From the NCBI GenBank assembly GCA_032718475.1, contig JAUCBJ010008699.1, forward strand, positions 3,448 to 67,447: a DNA stretch of 64,000 nt. The letters run 5' to 3'. The position numbers were made by a program, and so were the translations under genes. Position 1 is the first letter of the stretch. The number at the start of each line of letters is the position of its first letter. Below, one piece after another: positions 1-12,807 of this stretch. The DNA is from Nemertoderma westbladi (taxonomy: Eukaryota; Animalia; Xenacoelomorpha). The notes beneath the pieces were generated by a model. That model was not told where the DNA came from. It did no database searches and saw only the letters and a program-made list of their open reading frames with translations.

Positions 1-1572
1 AATAATAATAGGGCTATTAATTTTTGAAAAAAATCCACCAACAATTATCTTATTCCAGACACCCCGACTATTTAGTACATTTTTTATTATGAGTAAATAA
101 ACGTTTGTTCTCATAATAATTGAGAGTTGAAAGTGAAAGAAAACAAAAACCGTGTACCGAGTATACCACCGGTAACCGTAGGTACAACTGTACCTGAACG
201 CCTATACTGTATGTTAAGTAAGTTTTTCAAAATTTTCCACCCTCCACGTTTATCCCAGCCACCCCGACTATTAGCATGGTGAAATTTTGCCACCCACCCC
301 GTCTATTCGAGACTCAAGAGTGATAAATATAAATATAATGCTTCTTTCCATGAGTCAGCACCTACAAAAATTATGAAATTTCTCAAAATCTTTTGAAATT
401 TTATGATTGAAATTCTTTTAAGATTAGCAGAAAAATTATAGGGGAAGAGATGGGTGGAGTAAGATGTGATAAAGACACTTATTTCAGGGGTATAGTGATC
501 GAACATTGCACTTGAAGCACCGAACAGTCGCACCCGCATTATCTCACAAATGCTGACATTTCTACGGGTTGTATTTTAATTTCCCCAATGTGGGGGGAGA
601 GAACCTAGTTAACCTGCGTGAACGGTTGATGTACAGCTGAATTATATATGATATTGGTAAAAATCTTTACGATATGGGTAAAGAAATGAGGGTAGCCAAT
701 TAATTTCAACGCAGACAGATATTTAGTACGCTGATCTGGGGAAACATTATCTGGCACCTTTTTTCGGCTGTCGGAAGGGATAATATAAAGTATACTTTAC
801 CCCACCCTCTATAGCTACCAACATGGTAGAGTTGTAAAAAGTTGTTACGAAACAGCTACAATAATTAATGGAATGGGTAACAACATCTGTGTACTGTAGT
901 TATACTGTACACACTAAAAGGTAATGAAAAAGTAACAAAATTGTGAATATAATAACACACACTGCAACAATCATTGGTTAAAGATAACCTGCAACATAAT
1001 GGCTGTAAACGGCAATAATTATGTAAAGCAATCCGAATACAATGAGAATAAACCTGATAATAAATAAACGTAGATTAGCAGAATAATAAGATTGGAAGGG
1101 GGCCGGGGGGGGGGGGGGTATAGAGGCACATTTAGGGGTGTTTAGGGTGTAACATCCGCGTTAATATTACCAGTTCTGCTTTAACAATGAGAGAGTTCAT
1201 AATTATCTCATTACGAGCTAATAAACGGGGGGGGGGGGGGGGGATCCAATTTCGGCGAATTAATATTTCGTCTCAATGTTAAATTTTCAATTCAGGGAAA
1301 GGAGCAGGATACAGTGGCACGTTATTCCAACCTAAACAATAAACTGTAGTCAATATGAAGGGTTACAGACAGTTTTATTATTTTTGAGATTAATCAGCTG
1401 TTATTTGCGTTGATTTTCTCTGGAGGTTAAATGGGATGACAGATAGTTGAGACCGAGATATGTAAAACAGCGGGAAAATAGAGGAGAGGAAAAGGCGACA
1501 TCTACAATAGTTAGAGAGCAATAAGGCTGACAGACAGCTGATACACACATGATTGTGTCTGTGGATGGGACT

Positions 1573-2226
1573 TCATTCTGCACCATCTAGTAACTGCACT
1601 AGCAATGCGGCCTCCATATCAGCCTCAATATCGCTTCCGGTAGGGGATGACAACAGTTTCTGTTCGGCCGTGACGTCATTAACTGACGAATCAACACCAA
1701 TAGAACTGTCTTCCATCTGAAATGGATTGGTGACGTCATCGCCGTCTACAAGATCACCGACTTCGTCCGACACAGTTCCGACTGCTTCCTCTGACTGCGA
1801 TCCGACACCCTGTTCAGGAATAATACACGCTAACTCCCCAATATTATTGGACAACCCATCACTTACTAATGGATTAATGGGGCCAGTTGGAACGAGTCCG
1901 TCGCTAACGGCGGCTTCGGGTAACCGCGGCCGCCACAACGAGGTATCATCCTCGTCTTCCGACAGTCGGTTGCAGCCCCAGTAACGCTTCTCCACGCGGT
2001 CCACCGGTAGAGCCTCCTTTAGTGACCGCTGGATGGCGATGTTAATATCGTCGTCCTCCTGTTGCCTGGCCAACCGGCGGGACAACTCGATGGCTTGGAA
2101 GAGTTGCGGCTCGAGCATGAGGTCGGAGTCGAGTACATCGTCATGGCAACCGACGGAACGGCAATCAGCGTTAGTAACAACATTTGCTACGTCATCGGAG
2201 CCATAGAGACTTCCTAGCAGTTCGGC
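1573..2226 (-). CDS. ANKIB1: ANKIB1 coding exon 3 (acidic C-terminus with UIM-like motifs)
   Basis: Acceptor TTATTTCCAG at 2227 is in frame (phase 0) with ORF 1573..2118. UIM-like QLFQAIELSRR and DDDINIAIQRSLKE; stop at 1573. Confidence 0.85.
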   Translation of the reverse strand, partial: AELLGSLYGSDDVANVVTNADCRSVGCHDDVLDSDLMLEPQLFQAIELSRRLARQQEDDDINIAIQRSLKEALPVDRVEKRYWGCNRLSEDEDDTSLWRPRLPEAAVSDGLVPTGPINPLVSDGLSNNIGELACIIPEQGVGSQSEEAVGTVSDEVGDLVDGDDVTNPFQMEDSSIGVDSSVNDVTAEQKLLSSPTGSDIEADMEAALLVQLLDGAE

Positions 2227-2305
2227 CTGGAAATAAAGTTAATTAGTTAATCATTAACCTTTTTATATCGTACCGAAAATGTCATAGTGGGGATACCGCG
2301 TTGGG

Positions 2306-2386
2306 TTATTAGAACTTTTGTTGGGCGCAGCTTTGCAAAGTCGGCAATGACGTCCAGGTGGGATCGAACAGGTGACCTCCGGGTTG
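2306..2386 (-). mobile_element. tRNA-derived SINE, 5'-truncated copy in ANKIB1 intron
   Basis: Reverse complement matches 2649..2730: B box GTTCGATCCCACC and body CATTGCCGACTTTGCAAAGCTGCGCCCAACAAAAG. Confidence 0.6.
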
Positions 2387-2613
2387 CTGTCCTACCTAAA
2401 TTAGCTAGAGTGTATAATTAATCATAGTGGCCGTGATGGTTCATGGTTAATATACCCTTTCATTGTAGCGAGTGGTTAAAGACGGCCAAGTACTGTAGGG
2501 TTGAGCTGAGCACAGTGGCAGCATATGATGGTATTGACAGATGGGAGGCCATGATGAGGTAAATTGCGGACATACAAGGTATCAGGTAGTATTTCCAGGT
2601 CTACCATTAACCC

Positions 2614-2732
2614 GAGCCGGTAGCGGAATGGTTAGAGCGTCAGACTTCCAACCCGGAGGTCACCAGTTCGATCCCACCTCGTCGTCATTGCCGACTTTGC
2701 AAAAAGCTGCGCCCAACAAAAGATATAATAAT
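2614..2732 (+). mobile_element. tRNA-derived (Gly-TCC-like head) SINE
   Basis: A box TAGCGGAATGG, anticodon-like CTTCCAA, B box GTTCGATCCC, then a non-tRNA body shared with the copy at 2306..2386. Confidence 0.65.
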
Positions 2733-2834
2733 ATGAAGCCACTCATTCACCCATAACACTCATAATAAATTATAAAAACGATGGGTTATGAATGTGAGAG
2801 ACGTTGGTTCGAATCTCACCCATCGCATACTAAC

Positions 2835-3887
2835 CTGTTCTATTAACAGCCGTCGACTCATCTCGACAGCTCGCAGGTAATCCAATCTCTCGTCGTCGAT
2901 ACTCGAGGAGTTGTACAACTGGTCCTCCTTGGCCGAGTCCAGACTGTGTCTGGCCAGCTTGTCCAGCCGCATACACCGCAGACTGCAGTGCCGATGGAGT
3001 TGGCGGGTGCGCCCGTTGTAGGTGCGCGCCCGGGTGCACCCCGCTCGGGCGCACACCTCGTCGCTGGACGAGGTGTCCACGGCGACGGACCCGTCAACCT
3101 CCTCCGAGTCGCCGCACAGCAACGGCAGGTTGCTGTGCCGACCGTGGGAGTCGACGACCCAGCCGTCCGACGGGGTTATATCGTGGAGGGAGGTCTCCGG
3201 CTCCAGATGGATCCCGAGACTGCGTCGCAGGTTGCTGGAACTCCTTCGGCGTAGCAACGGGGATGTGTCGGTAGGGAGGAGTCCCTTCGCGATACCCTCC
3301 AGGAAGACTACCCGTTTCCTAGCGACCGTACGCATCGCGGATATTATCTTGGAGCGCGGCGTGCGGAGATACGGGCGGGCGATCAACTGCGACAAACTCT
3401 CCAAAGCTTCCTCCAGTTCGTTTTGCATAAACTCGAATATAAGTAGAGCCTGCGAGTCGGGGGCCAGGAAGTAGCCATAGGCGTAGGAGCTCTTTAGCAT
3501 CCGTCGGGAGCGGAGTAACTCCTTAACCGCGTCGGATAGGAAGTGGATCTCCGGGCCCGAGATGCACTCGGAACTCAGCACCGCCTTGGCCAGAGTCAGC
3601 ATCTTCTCTTTGGCGTCGGTGAGGAGGGGCGACTCGATCTTGAGGCTGTTGTCGTGGTTGCGGTAGCGCGTGTAGTAGTGCATGAAGCGGCTGAGCTCCT
3701 GGAACTTGTGGTTCTTGGATTGGGCCTCCGAGATGACGCGACCGAATTGATCCTCGAGTTTTTTCGTCGCCTCGTACCGGTTGCATTTGAAGTAGCCCCC
3801 GGTGGCGCCGCCGTGTTTCTTCCAGACCTCCTGGCAGACCCAACAGAACTCGTGTTTGCATTTGGAACACTTCATGTGGTTACAGCC
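2835..3887 (-). CDS. ANKIB1: ANKIB1 coding exon 2 (catalytic RING2, Ariadne-type helical domain, UIM-like motif)
   Basis: Acceptor TTCCTGTAG then GGC TGT AAC CAC ATG restores [21 protein letters not shown] in frame. Ariadne-like RFMHYYTRY..H and LKSSYAYGYF. GTTAGT donor at 2834. Confidence 0.92.
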
Positions 3888-4014
3888 CTACAGGAAATAA
3901 AAGCTTAGGAAGAAATCATTGATTTACTATTACTACCATCTAACTGCGGATTCACTGTTATCATATTTTGCTAATCAAATTAAAACTGGTGCAAAAATGG
4001 GTGTCCATGTTTAT

Positions 4015-4453
4015 CTCTAACTGTAAAGGATACCAAATCTCTGGATGGCACATTCACAAGAATGCTACGCCGGGTTCATTGTGTCAAGTACAATGCACAT
4101 CTCCAACCAGACACTATATAACATTGGAGGTGTCTCATTGGTTCCCCAAGCTTAATACTAGAACAAAGCCGCCTCCGCTTTGCAGGACATTGCTTTCGCT
4201 GTGAGGACCATCCAGTCCATATTCTTGTACTTTGGCAGCCTCATGGAGTGAATAAGCATGGTGGACAGCCCATGACTTTCTTGAGACGCATCTTAAAGGA
4301 CACTGAAGATGCGGATGATCTAGCAAATGTCATGGGTGATAGGGAGTTGTGGCGGCGCAATTTTGTCGACAAGCCGCCACAGCACTCTTAATATATATGC
4401 AATATATATATAATTGAGCTGCAATGCAGCATGCCGATCGTAGTAGTAGTAGT
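4015..4453 (+). mobile_element. RTE/RTEX-like LINE, 3' fragment
   Basis: Near-identical to 9870..10258. Decayed ORF end DGTFTRMLRR..WQPHG..DRELWR; followed by a short (TAG)n tail at 4441..4453. Confidence 0.6.
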
Positions 4454-5669
4454 TGGTGCAAAAATACTAAAAAACATAAATATCGTCATTTCATGCGACG
4501 ACCTCACCAAAAGATGGATTAGATTAAAAACATTTGCTTATACTGGACACATCGGTATGATTAATATTTATTGAGTTTAGGTAGAATAAACTTATTATAA
4601 CCGACACCTGATTGGGATTCTCTGTAAGAGAATGTCACATGATTTAATATTTTTTTAGTAAATTTACCAAATTTGTCAAATGAGTTAAGGGAAAGGAGCA
4701 GGTTACACCTACTAGTGGGGGTGCAGGGTGTGGTGGTGATTTCTAATCAAATCAGCAAATAATGGTAATTGAAACTATATTTGGATAATTAAATGGAAAG
4801 GAGCAGGATACAATGGCGTGAGTTTCTAACCAAAACAATAAACAATAACTCAATAATATACCGACATAGAGAATGGTTAATAGTGACGTGTATAAAATGA
4901 GAAAGGGCAGGGTTGAGTTCGTTGGACTGCTTTCTATCTGTCTAGGACCTCTAGTACCAGGACACCGTGCCAAATACAGCACAAAATGTATAAATATAAA
5001 ATACTCAAATCTATGAAACATAAAGGTACCTAAGATGCTATTTTACATGACAGACCTGTCAGAAATTTTTATTTTTTTTTATTTTAATTTTGATTTTTAA
5101 TATCAGTTAATACTAGTTAACAATACAAAATGTTGGTTGCGCTTAACACCCTAAGGCTTTTACAGTTTTGAATCTAATCACATGAAAGTTTTTTTATATG
5201 ATAGATCAAAGATGGGGCAACATAACTATCAGGCGAAATTTTGTGAAAAAAATTCTGTACCGGTAGGTGGCGCTGCAAATTTATGCTATTTTTTATAGGT
5301 TTGTTATAAATTGTATTAAATTTTATTAACAAAATATTTCAAAAAGTTGTCTGGTACTTTTATTCAGGGTGGTTATCTAGACACCCACAGAAAGTTTCAG
5401 ACTAATTCCTCAAAAATTGTAGAAGTAGTAGGGTTTTGAAGTTGACAATTTCATAAAAATTGTTATATTATAATAGATCATAAAAATAATATCGACATAT
5501 TTTGGACCAAAATTGTGTACCCCCCACACCCCCCCCCCCCCCCCCCCCTACTATAAAGAAGAAGTTTTAAAAAAAAGCGCGAAATCGCCCAAAGTTCCGC
5601 GTCTACTAACGCATGAACTGTCTCCTTGAATGGCTTACTACTACCAATCTTTCTATCAAAACAAATTCA

Positions 5670-5752
5670 CCTGAACGTGAGGATTGAACTCGGTATCTAG
5701 ATATTCATCTAGGTATTCCAAGTCCAACGCTCTACAAACTGAGCCACTAGAA
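5670..5752 (-). mobile_element. degenerate tRNA-derived SINE head
   Basis: Minus strand has TAGTGGCTCAGTTTGTAGAGCG (A box) and GAGTTCAATCCTC (B box) with an interrupted middle. Confidence 0.4.
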
Positions 5753-5815
5753 AACTAGGCCCCTATATTAATTAAAAACAACTAATAAGGTGGAATACAA
5801 AGTAAAGAGACTTAC

Positions 5816-7360
5816 TTCGTTCTTCTGTATGGGGGAGCGGCAGTTAGGGCAGGACTTTGAGTTAGTAACGAGCCACAGAGAGTTGGCGGCGGACTCCCTT
5901 AACTCCTCGGTCTTGGAGATCTGATCGGGTTGGATCTCCTCGATCTTAGCCAACCAGAGCTGCCAGTTGTCGCAGCCGCAGGGGGCGTGGCCCCCCTTGC
6001 CGCACTCCCAACAGAAGGCGTGCCCCCCGCCCGGGGCACGGCAGTCCACCTCCGTTGAGTACGGCGGACACTTGTTCAACTCCATGATGACGCCGACCTC
6101 CGGGGCCGGACGTCCGGGGTCCAACCGGACAGCCCGACCGCACCCCGGGTACGGACACCACTTGATACTCGGGTTGCTCTCCACGAAGTCCTTGAGGTTG
6201 AAATCGAAGTACCTCTTGGCGATCTCAGGGTCTACCAACGCTTCGATCACGTTTAAAGGGACCAGGATGGGACAGTTATACTCTGGGCACTCGATATTCT
6301 GTATCTCCCCCGATTGAATCTTGAGCGTAAGGTACTGAGTCCAGCACTCGTGGCAGAAGGTGTGTTCGCAGGGAGTTTCCACTAGGTTGGAGACGGAGAC
6401 AACCCCGTAACAGACCCGACACTCAACCCCGTCGGCGGCGTCTAGCAGTCGCACGGGGCTGTCCGTCCCCCCGCCGCCCACGGGTAGCAGATCGAACACA
6501 TCGGCACCGGGGACCGGGAGTTTAACCCCCGCCGACCGACAGCACTGCTCCCTGTCGCGCACCCAGTCCTCCAGTAAAGCCTCCCGGGACCACTGGTGGT
6601 TGCGAAGCAACGCCTCCGCAGTAAACAACGGCACATGCAACATATCGGCGGTGTCTATCAACAGTCTGTCCTTGGCCTCCTGCAGTTCTTGCTGTTTCAA
6701 CCCGCAGAAATGGTCCACCTCCTCTAACTTTTCGGAGGGATTAAGTTTCACTTTGCCTTCCTTAACAGTTATCTCGTCCGAGAAGACCATCTTGGTCTCC
6801 AACATCCTCGCGATATTCCCGCAGTTGCTCTTCTCCGCCAGTTCGCAGGGCGTCAGACTCTGACTGTTCTCCCCGAAGATATAAGCGCCGTGAGCTAACA
6901 GCAGCTCAACGCATTGTTTGAGACCCGACTGGGCCGCGTAGTGCAACGGCTGGTTGTTCAAACAATCCGAAGCATTCACATCAACCCTCTGCCACTGCCC
7001 CGTAACCCCTTTAGGTTTCTTCCACTGCAGTATCAGCTGAAGGCAGTAAAGCCTCTTCTCTTGCTCGAGTTTACTCGCTGCAGAAACCGGCAACCGACAC
7101 GCCAAATGCAGACAAGTCTCTTTGTTGTAGTTGGTCAACGTTGGATTGCCGTCGAAATCTTTTAGGAATATATTGAGTAAGGATTTCATTGCGTGCAAAC
7201 ATACGTAATGCAAGGGAGTGTTTTCCTTGTAATGTTTACCATACGGTTCGTTAACGTTTAAAGTTTTACGGAATTCCGGATTTTGACAATATATCTGTAA
7301 CGCCGCCGCATCGTCGCCAGCTACTAAAGCCTTTCGGAACTTGGACGCCGCAGTCCCCAT
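5816..7360 (-). CDS. ANKIB1: ANKIB1-like RBR E3 ubiquitin ligase, coding exon 1 (ankyrin repeats, RING1, IBR, start of RING2); full CDS complement(join(1573..2226,2835..3887,5816..7360)), ~1083 aa
   Basis: N-terminus MGTAASKFRKAL..GD resembles vertebrate ANKIB1. Ankyrin motifs NTPLHY, ETCLHLAC, QPLHYAA; RING1 CRVC..CEHTFCHECW; IBR WCPYPGC..HAFCWEC..HAPC. GTAAGT donor after IQKNE at 5815. Confidence 0.93.
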
Positions 7361-9018
7361 TATAAAAGTAACATTACCGGTAAATAGATTAGCAGAAGAT
7401 TACAGGATTACTGGATTAGGCCTAGTCCATCCATAGTCCATCAGTCCATTACGATTACACCATTAGCATTACAGCATTACCGGTAGGTCTAGGCCTATAC
7501 AGTTCACAGTTCAGCAGTTATACATACAAAAACCAAGGTGTACATAATAACAGGTCATGCAGCGAGCGGTTTCCTAAAATTAGCGTGGGCCGATCGTTTC
7601 CCTATTTACAGATTTATGACACTATTTTCATAATATTTCCTTAGAAACCTCTCTTACATGTCTTATGCAACTTTGGTTAGGTGGATATGATTGACTACAG
7701 GACTAGGGTTTATAGAAATATAATAAAATGTCTTGGTTCTGGAATTTTTATCTTGTAGTTGCCAACAAGGTAACCGGGCTGCCGGGTGCAAGGTTCAAAT
7801 TTCGAGCGCCTGTAATCAGGTAATTCAAGACGACAAGGGATTCTGTTCTTGAGATTTGGTATATGAGTAAAGGGAGAAAGGAAATAAAAGTATATCTAAA
7901 TATTTTACATTTAAATTTTTTTTCAATCCCGTTTCCTTTCCATGTATTGTATTGTATTTTCACTCCAGTTCGACAAATTAAATTAAAATAAACGGAACAC
8001 AATGTTTTAAATAACGTAATTGCACAATAAAATGTTGGAGGGAGAAACCACCAAGGCAAATTGCTCTTACTGGTGGCGAGAGTTATTGGGTACAGACTAT
8101 GTCTAAAAAATATATTTATTTTAAAAATTAAAAAGTTAAAAATACAGTTATGTTCTCAATTAAAGTCCATTCTTCAATCTGTTCAATCTGCTCAATTTCA
8201 TCAATCTGGAAATATCTTTCATGACGCTGCAGGTTTCTAGCCAACTGAGTGATTGACAGGCGGACATGGTAGGCTCCCCAAAATAGAGCCGTTGGTTTAA
8301 AAGAGATTATTGTAGGGATCAGATAATTATGGGACACTTGCAAGCAAATAAAGTATATGTACAGTAGTAAGCATAATTATTTATAAATTTTACAAATGAA
8401 ATGTTTTACTCACTATGATTACATTTGGTCTAGCTAATAAAGAGATCATTCCATAAATATAATTAATTATGAACAAGAACAATTATTTTTTGTTTGAATA
8501 TTATTTATAGGTAATAACAATCAATCTATCAAACATTCGCAGGGGCGCAGGGGTCTGTTTGAATATTGAAATGCAAGGGAGGGCGGGAAACGACAAGTAA
8601 CAAAAAATGGCAACATAATCGATAGACGCTTTAGTGCGAACTGCGCTGAGTGAAAATTATATTTAATAATATCTAATAATAATATTCTATAATAATATTT
8701 AATAATAAAACCGCCCCCGCCCATGCCTAACTTTACTTCCTACACTCACATATCTCACATGCGGGTGGGTATGTGGCCCACAGAAAAGACAAGTCTTTTC
8801 TACTGTACTTATCAATTTCCTCTTGCTGCATAGACTATTATCTAAGCAAGGGGGTTATTATGATACTCGTTAACTCGTTACACAGTTTGTACAGTCTACA
8901 CGGCGATTTCTTGACATTCAATAGGTACTAGCCTATGTAGAATACGATGTATTAAAGTTTCCCTGAATAATGTTTACAGTGAAACCCGTGATGAATAAAT
9001 TCCACTGTTAACAGTTAA

Positions 9019-9390
9019 GGCCTGTTTACACGTGGCAACTTTTAGAGTAACTTTCTCGGCAACTTGTAGAGCAACCCAGGTTGCCGATCAAGTTGCTCCG
9101 TGTAAACACGTAAAAAGTTGCCGTAAAAGTTGCTCAACATTTACTGCAACCTGAAGGAATTTACGTTAACGAATAATCAAATTAAATTATCAAAAACTAG
9201 CTACTGTAGTAGATAAAATGACCCACTACTGTATTTTAAGTCAAACTAGCCAAGTTGCTCAAAAAGTTGCCGGCCAAGTTGCTGGTACAGTAAAGTTGCC
9301 ACCTGTAAACAGCGATTAAATTAAGTTGCTCCAAAAAAGTTGCTAGTTGCAGAGAAAGTTGCTCTAAAAGTTGCCACGTGTAAACAGGCC
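9019..9390. mobile_element. non-autonomous DNA transposon (MITE), TTAA-flanked, Kolobok- or Harbinger-like
   Basis: Perfect terminal inverted repeats GGCCTGTTTACACGTGGCAACTTTTAGAG / CTCTAAAAGTTGCCACGTGTAAACAGGCC, TTAA on both sides (9015-9018, 9391-9394), many internal AAGTTGC motifs, no ORF. Confidence 0.8.
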
Positions 9391-9559
9391 TTAAATTAAT
9401 ATCTTGGGATCGTATTGGGTTCTTAACTACGAATAAGCTTCAAACTTGATACAATCAATCACCTTAAATAATTATAACAGTCCTGGCTTCACACTGGACC
9501 AGCCTCAGTAAACACCCTAACACTCGGGTCCCCAATGCGACAAGGTGAGCTGACTGCCT

Positions 9560-10258
9560 TGGCAGATAAGCTTTCTCTTAGCGCAGTGGGTGTTCAAGAG
9601 CACCGAATGCAGACTGGACAGACTGATGAGGTTCTGATTAAGGACATGGGGGGCGGTTGACGACTCGCCCTCGCGTCAGCAGACCTGGGATCATGGATCC
9701 GGAAGTCAGGTGAGGACCTTCGAATACGTAAGGGAAAGGCATGGGCAGCCTTGAATAGGCTTTCCAGGATTTGGAAGTCACCGAGAATTAATCGGAAACT
9801 TAAGGTCCGATTATTAGAGCAGCAGTAGTTCCAGTACTCCTCTATCAGACTATGGGAGTCCATGCTGGGCTCTAACTGCTGCGAGGACACCAAATCTCAG
9901 GATGGCACATTCACAAGAATGCTACGCCGGGTTCATTGTGTCAAGTACAATGCACACATCTCCATTCAGACACTATATAACATTGGAGGTGTCTCATTGG
10001 TTCCCCAAAGCTTTGACACTAGAACAAAATCGCCTCCGCTTTGCATGACATTGCTTTCGCCGTGAGGAAAGGCCAGTGCATAATCTTGTACTTTGGCAGC
10101 CTCATGGAGTGAATAAGCATGGTGGACAGCCCATGACTTTCTTGAGACGCATCTTAAAGGACACTGGCCTTGAAGATGCGGATGATCTAGCAAATGTCAT
10201 GGGTGATAGGGAGTTGTGGCGGCGCAATTTTGTCGACAAGCCGGCACAGCATTCTTAA
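9560..10258 (+). mobile_element. RTE/RTEX-like LINE, 5'-truncated and frameshifted
   Basis: Post-RT region LGSWI..DLRIRKGKAWAALNRLSRIWKS..KLKVRLL..DGTFTRMLRR..LVLWQPHG..DRELWR. Second copy at 4015..4390. 5' boundary approximate. Confidence 0.65.
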
Positions 10259-11007
10259 AAATAATATATTAATAATATATTATAACGTAATATATTCTAA
10301 AGTTCTAAGCAGCTTAAGTCTGTACGTCAGAAAGTAGCTGACAGAAACTGAAACTCAGAAAGGAAGGAACAGTGATCAGTCGGGGAGAAGTTATATTGTC
10401 GAGTGAGTTGAAATTTCAACTTTATTTTTTTAAATTCAACTTTTTCTGTTTTTATTAAAATTGCACTTTTTTTTAATTCAAATTTTGGAGTAGGTTTGGA
10501 AGTACTGAAATATGGAGTTGGAATCCATTACTCAGTTACAGGTATTCCATTGTATAGGCCTAATAATTATCACATCACATACATTGGTAATTTAATACGT
10601 CTAACAGTCTAATAAATTCCCTTAGTATTTCAGCTAATTTCAAAATATAATCACTTACCGGTACCGGTAAAATTTTTAAAATAAAAGTAATCCCGACGGT
10701 GAAATTTTTTGTTCCATCGGTACCGGTAATCTGGTAATGAGTGTTAATTTTTCGAGTAACATCAGAACATCGATAAAAACAATAAAAACACGCTTGGGGG
10801 GCCTTCTGGCTCTGAGCCTCATGCATGCCATTTTAGAGTTGAATTTACAACTTAATAGGCCCCAGTCAGCCAGTCTGCTAGTTTAATTTCTGAATTAAAA
10901 AAAAAGTTTTAAATTTTAACTCAGTTGAAATTTGAACTTCTCCCCGACTGCCGATAGGCTGATACATGTGATAGGTACGGTAAGGTACTCGGTTAGATAA
11001 TATCATA

Positions 11008-11725
11008 ATGGATAGGCCTATAGATGATCTCGGGACAGATGGTTCACCGCGGGCACAAAGTCCGCCACTGCCACAAATGCCGGAGAGCAGCCCCGTCGTC
11101 CCGGCTACGGGAAACAGCCGCGGCGGGGCGCAGCTCATGGACATATCCATGGAGACCAGTTCGCCGCTAAAGTACGGCACACCGAGCTCTCGGGGCACAC
11201 CCCGGCAGACACCGGCCCGGGCGCGGGCCGACCTCGTCACACCGGGTGTCCGAAGGGAAGTTCGTGTCGGACATCCGGGCGACTTGACGTCGGACATCCT
11301 GGAACCGACATCGCGAGTCGGTCGCAGTGAGTTTGACATAACAACCGACTCGGTAGATCCCACAGGACCTCGACTCGTTATCTGGGGCACCAACGTTGTC
11401 ATTTCCGAGACAAAGGCTAAGTTTATCGCCTTCCTGGAGAACTTCAACGACCGCTCAGCTAACCTCTCTATCGACGGGTTCGACCCCTCCCAACCTCTCT
11501 ATCTTCAACTTCTCCACGATATCTCGCAGTCCGTCAACCCCTTCCTCAATGTCGACTGTTCCCATATCCGAGAGGTGGACCCGAACCTGTACATACAGAC
11601 CAAGTGCTACCCCCAGGAAGTTATCCCAACCTTCGATATGGCCGTTAACGAGGTCTTTGAGAAGAGATGGCCCGGTGTTCAGCTGCCCCATCAGATTCAA
11701 GTTCGAACCTTCAACGTCGCTGGAG
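11008..11725 (+). CDS. MCM4: DNA replication licensing factor MCM4, exon 1; full CDS join(11008..11725,12132..12496,21632..22521,36565..37084), ~830 aa
   Basis: S/T-P-rich N-terminal tail with SSPLKYGTPSS, LVIWGTNV, YPQEVIPTFD, IQVRTFN. GT donor at 11726 (phase 1). The four exons sum to 2493 nt = 831 codons. Confidence 0.92.
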
Positions 11726-12131
11726 GTAAAACCTTATACTACCACACTACAGTACTACCGGTAGCCCTTCTATGTTCTACTTTAATTTATATTTTTTTTA
11801 CATATTATGTTGATTTATGTTATGTGTTTATTTTTTTAAGTTTGATGCTTGATACATCCCCTAAAGGCTAAATCCGTTTGTCCTTTTCCCTCTAGTATTG
11901 TGGAGTGAACCCTAATAACCAATAATAAACTAATGCGAGAAAGCGTCGTTTTAGATTTCTCAGCATTACGTGTATTATTGACGTGTTCTGATGATGTGAA
12001 TTTGCGTTGAGCATTTAATCTGGATGAGAATGGATATAAATGTTTGCATTTTTCAAATGTTCACAATCTGGAACGAAAATCCAAGGGTGAGTTTTTTATT
12101 TCTGAATGGACTCGCGACGATTTATCTTTAG

Positions 12132-12496
12132 GTAAGAACATGCGGATGCTGAACCCAGAGGATATTGATACGCTGATTACCATCTCGGGCATGGTGATCA
12201 GGACGTCTACCCTGATACCCGAGATGCGGCAGGCCTTCTTCCACTGCGCCGTGTGCGGCAAGGAGACCTCGGTAGACATCGACAGGGGTCTCATTAACGA
12301 GCCCACCATGTGCCCCAACTGCAGCACCAACCACAGCTTCGTGTTGGTTCACAACCGCTCGCTCTTCTCCGACAAGCAGATCGTTAAGTTGCAGGAGTCC
12401 CCCGACGATATGCCCCCGGGACAGACCCCGCACACGGTGTTGCTAACGGCTCACAACGACCTGGTAGACGCTGTTCACCCAGGGGACCGCATACAG
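12132..12496 (+). CDS. MCM4: MCM4 exon 2 (OB fold and zinc finger)
   Basis: [59 protein letters not shown] at 12130-12131, GT at 12497. Confidence 0.95.
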
Positions 12497-12645
12497 GTTA
12501 GGGGATGAGTTTAGTCGCTCGTTAATTAAATGAAACTGTATTAATTATATCGTCGCTCAAGTACCGGTACCGAAAGGCCTTTAACTCAATTTTTATCATT
12601 TTGCAGGTGAAGCAAAAAACAAAACAAAAAAAGTTTTTTTTATGT

Positions 12646-12807
12646 AATAATAACTATTTACATACTTGTGTGTAAAGTGGCACTTTACATTGTGATGATC
12701 CGAGTGGCTTTGTTACACGAACGAACGTTAGTGAGTGAGTGAAAATAAAGCCACGAGGATCAGAACACTGTAAAGTACTTTGCAACAAGTATGTATGTAG
12801 TTTTATT
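12646..12807. repeat. ~160-bp imperfect palindrome (fold-back hairpin), probable end of a non-autonomous DNA element
   Basis: Arms TACATACTTG..GTAAAGT..ACTTTACA..TGATCC..GTGGCTTT pair with AAAGCCAC..GGATCA..TGTAAAGT..ACTTTGC..CAAGTATGTA around a central ACGAACGAACG/GTGAGTGAGTG. Confidence 0.6.

Noticed and set aside
1295-1500. Short dispersed motif AGGAGCAGGATACA..GGCAC..AAACAATAAAC, also at ~4690, ~4795 and inverted at ~38175
   Set aside because: Probably ordinary retroposon 3' ends; boundaries and family cannot be supported from this window.
2614-2690. Functional tRNA-Gly gene
   Set aside because: Acceptor stem does not pair and it continues into a body shared with a second copy; better explained as a SINE.
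2830-7165. Antisense and alternative-frame ORFs over ANKIB1 (likewise over MCM4 and BEL pol)
   Set aside because: Expected shadows of GC-rich coding sequence; no motifs of their own.
7748-8724. Short intergenic ORFs between ANKIB1 and MCM4
   Set aside because: AT-rich, no recognisable domains or consistent splice structure.
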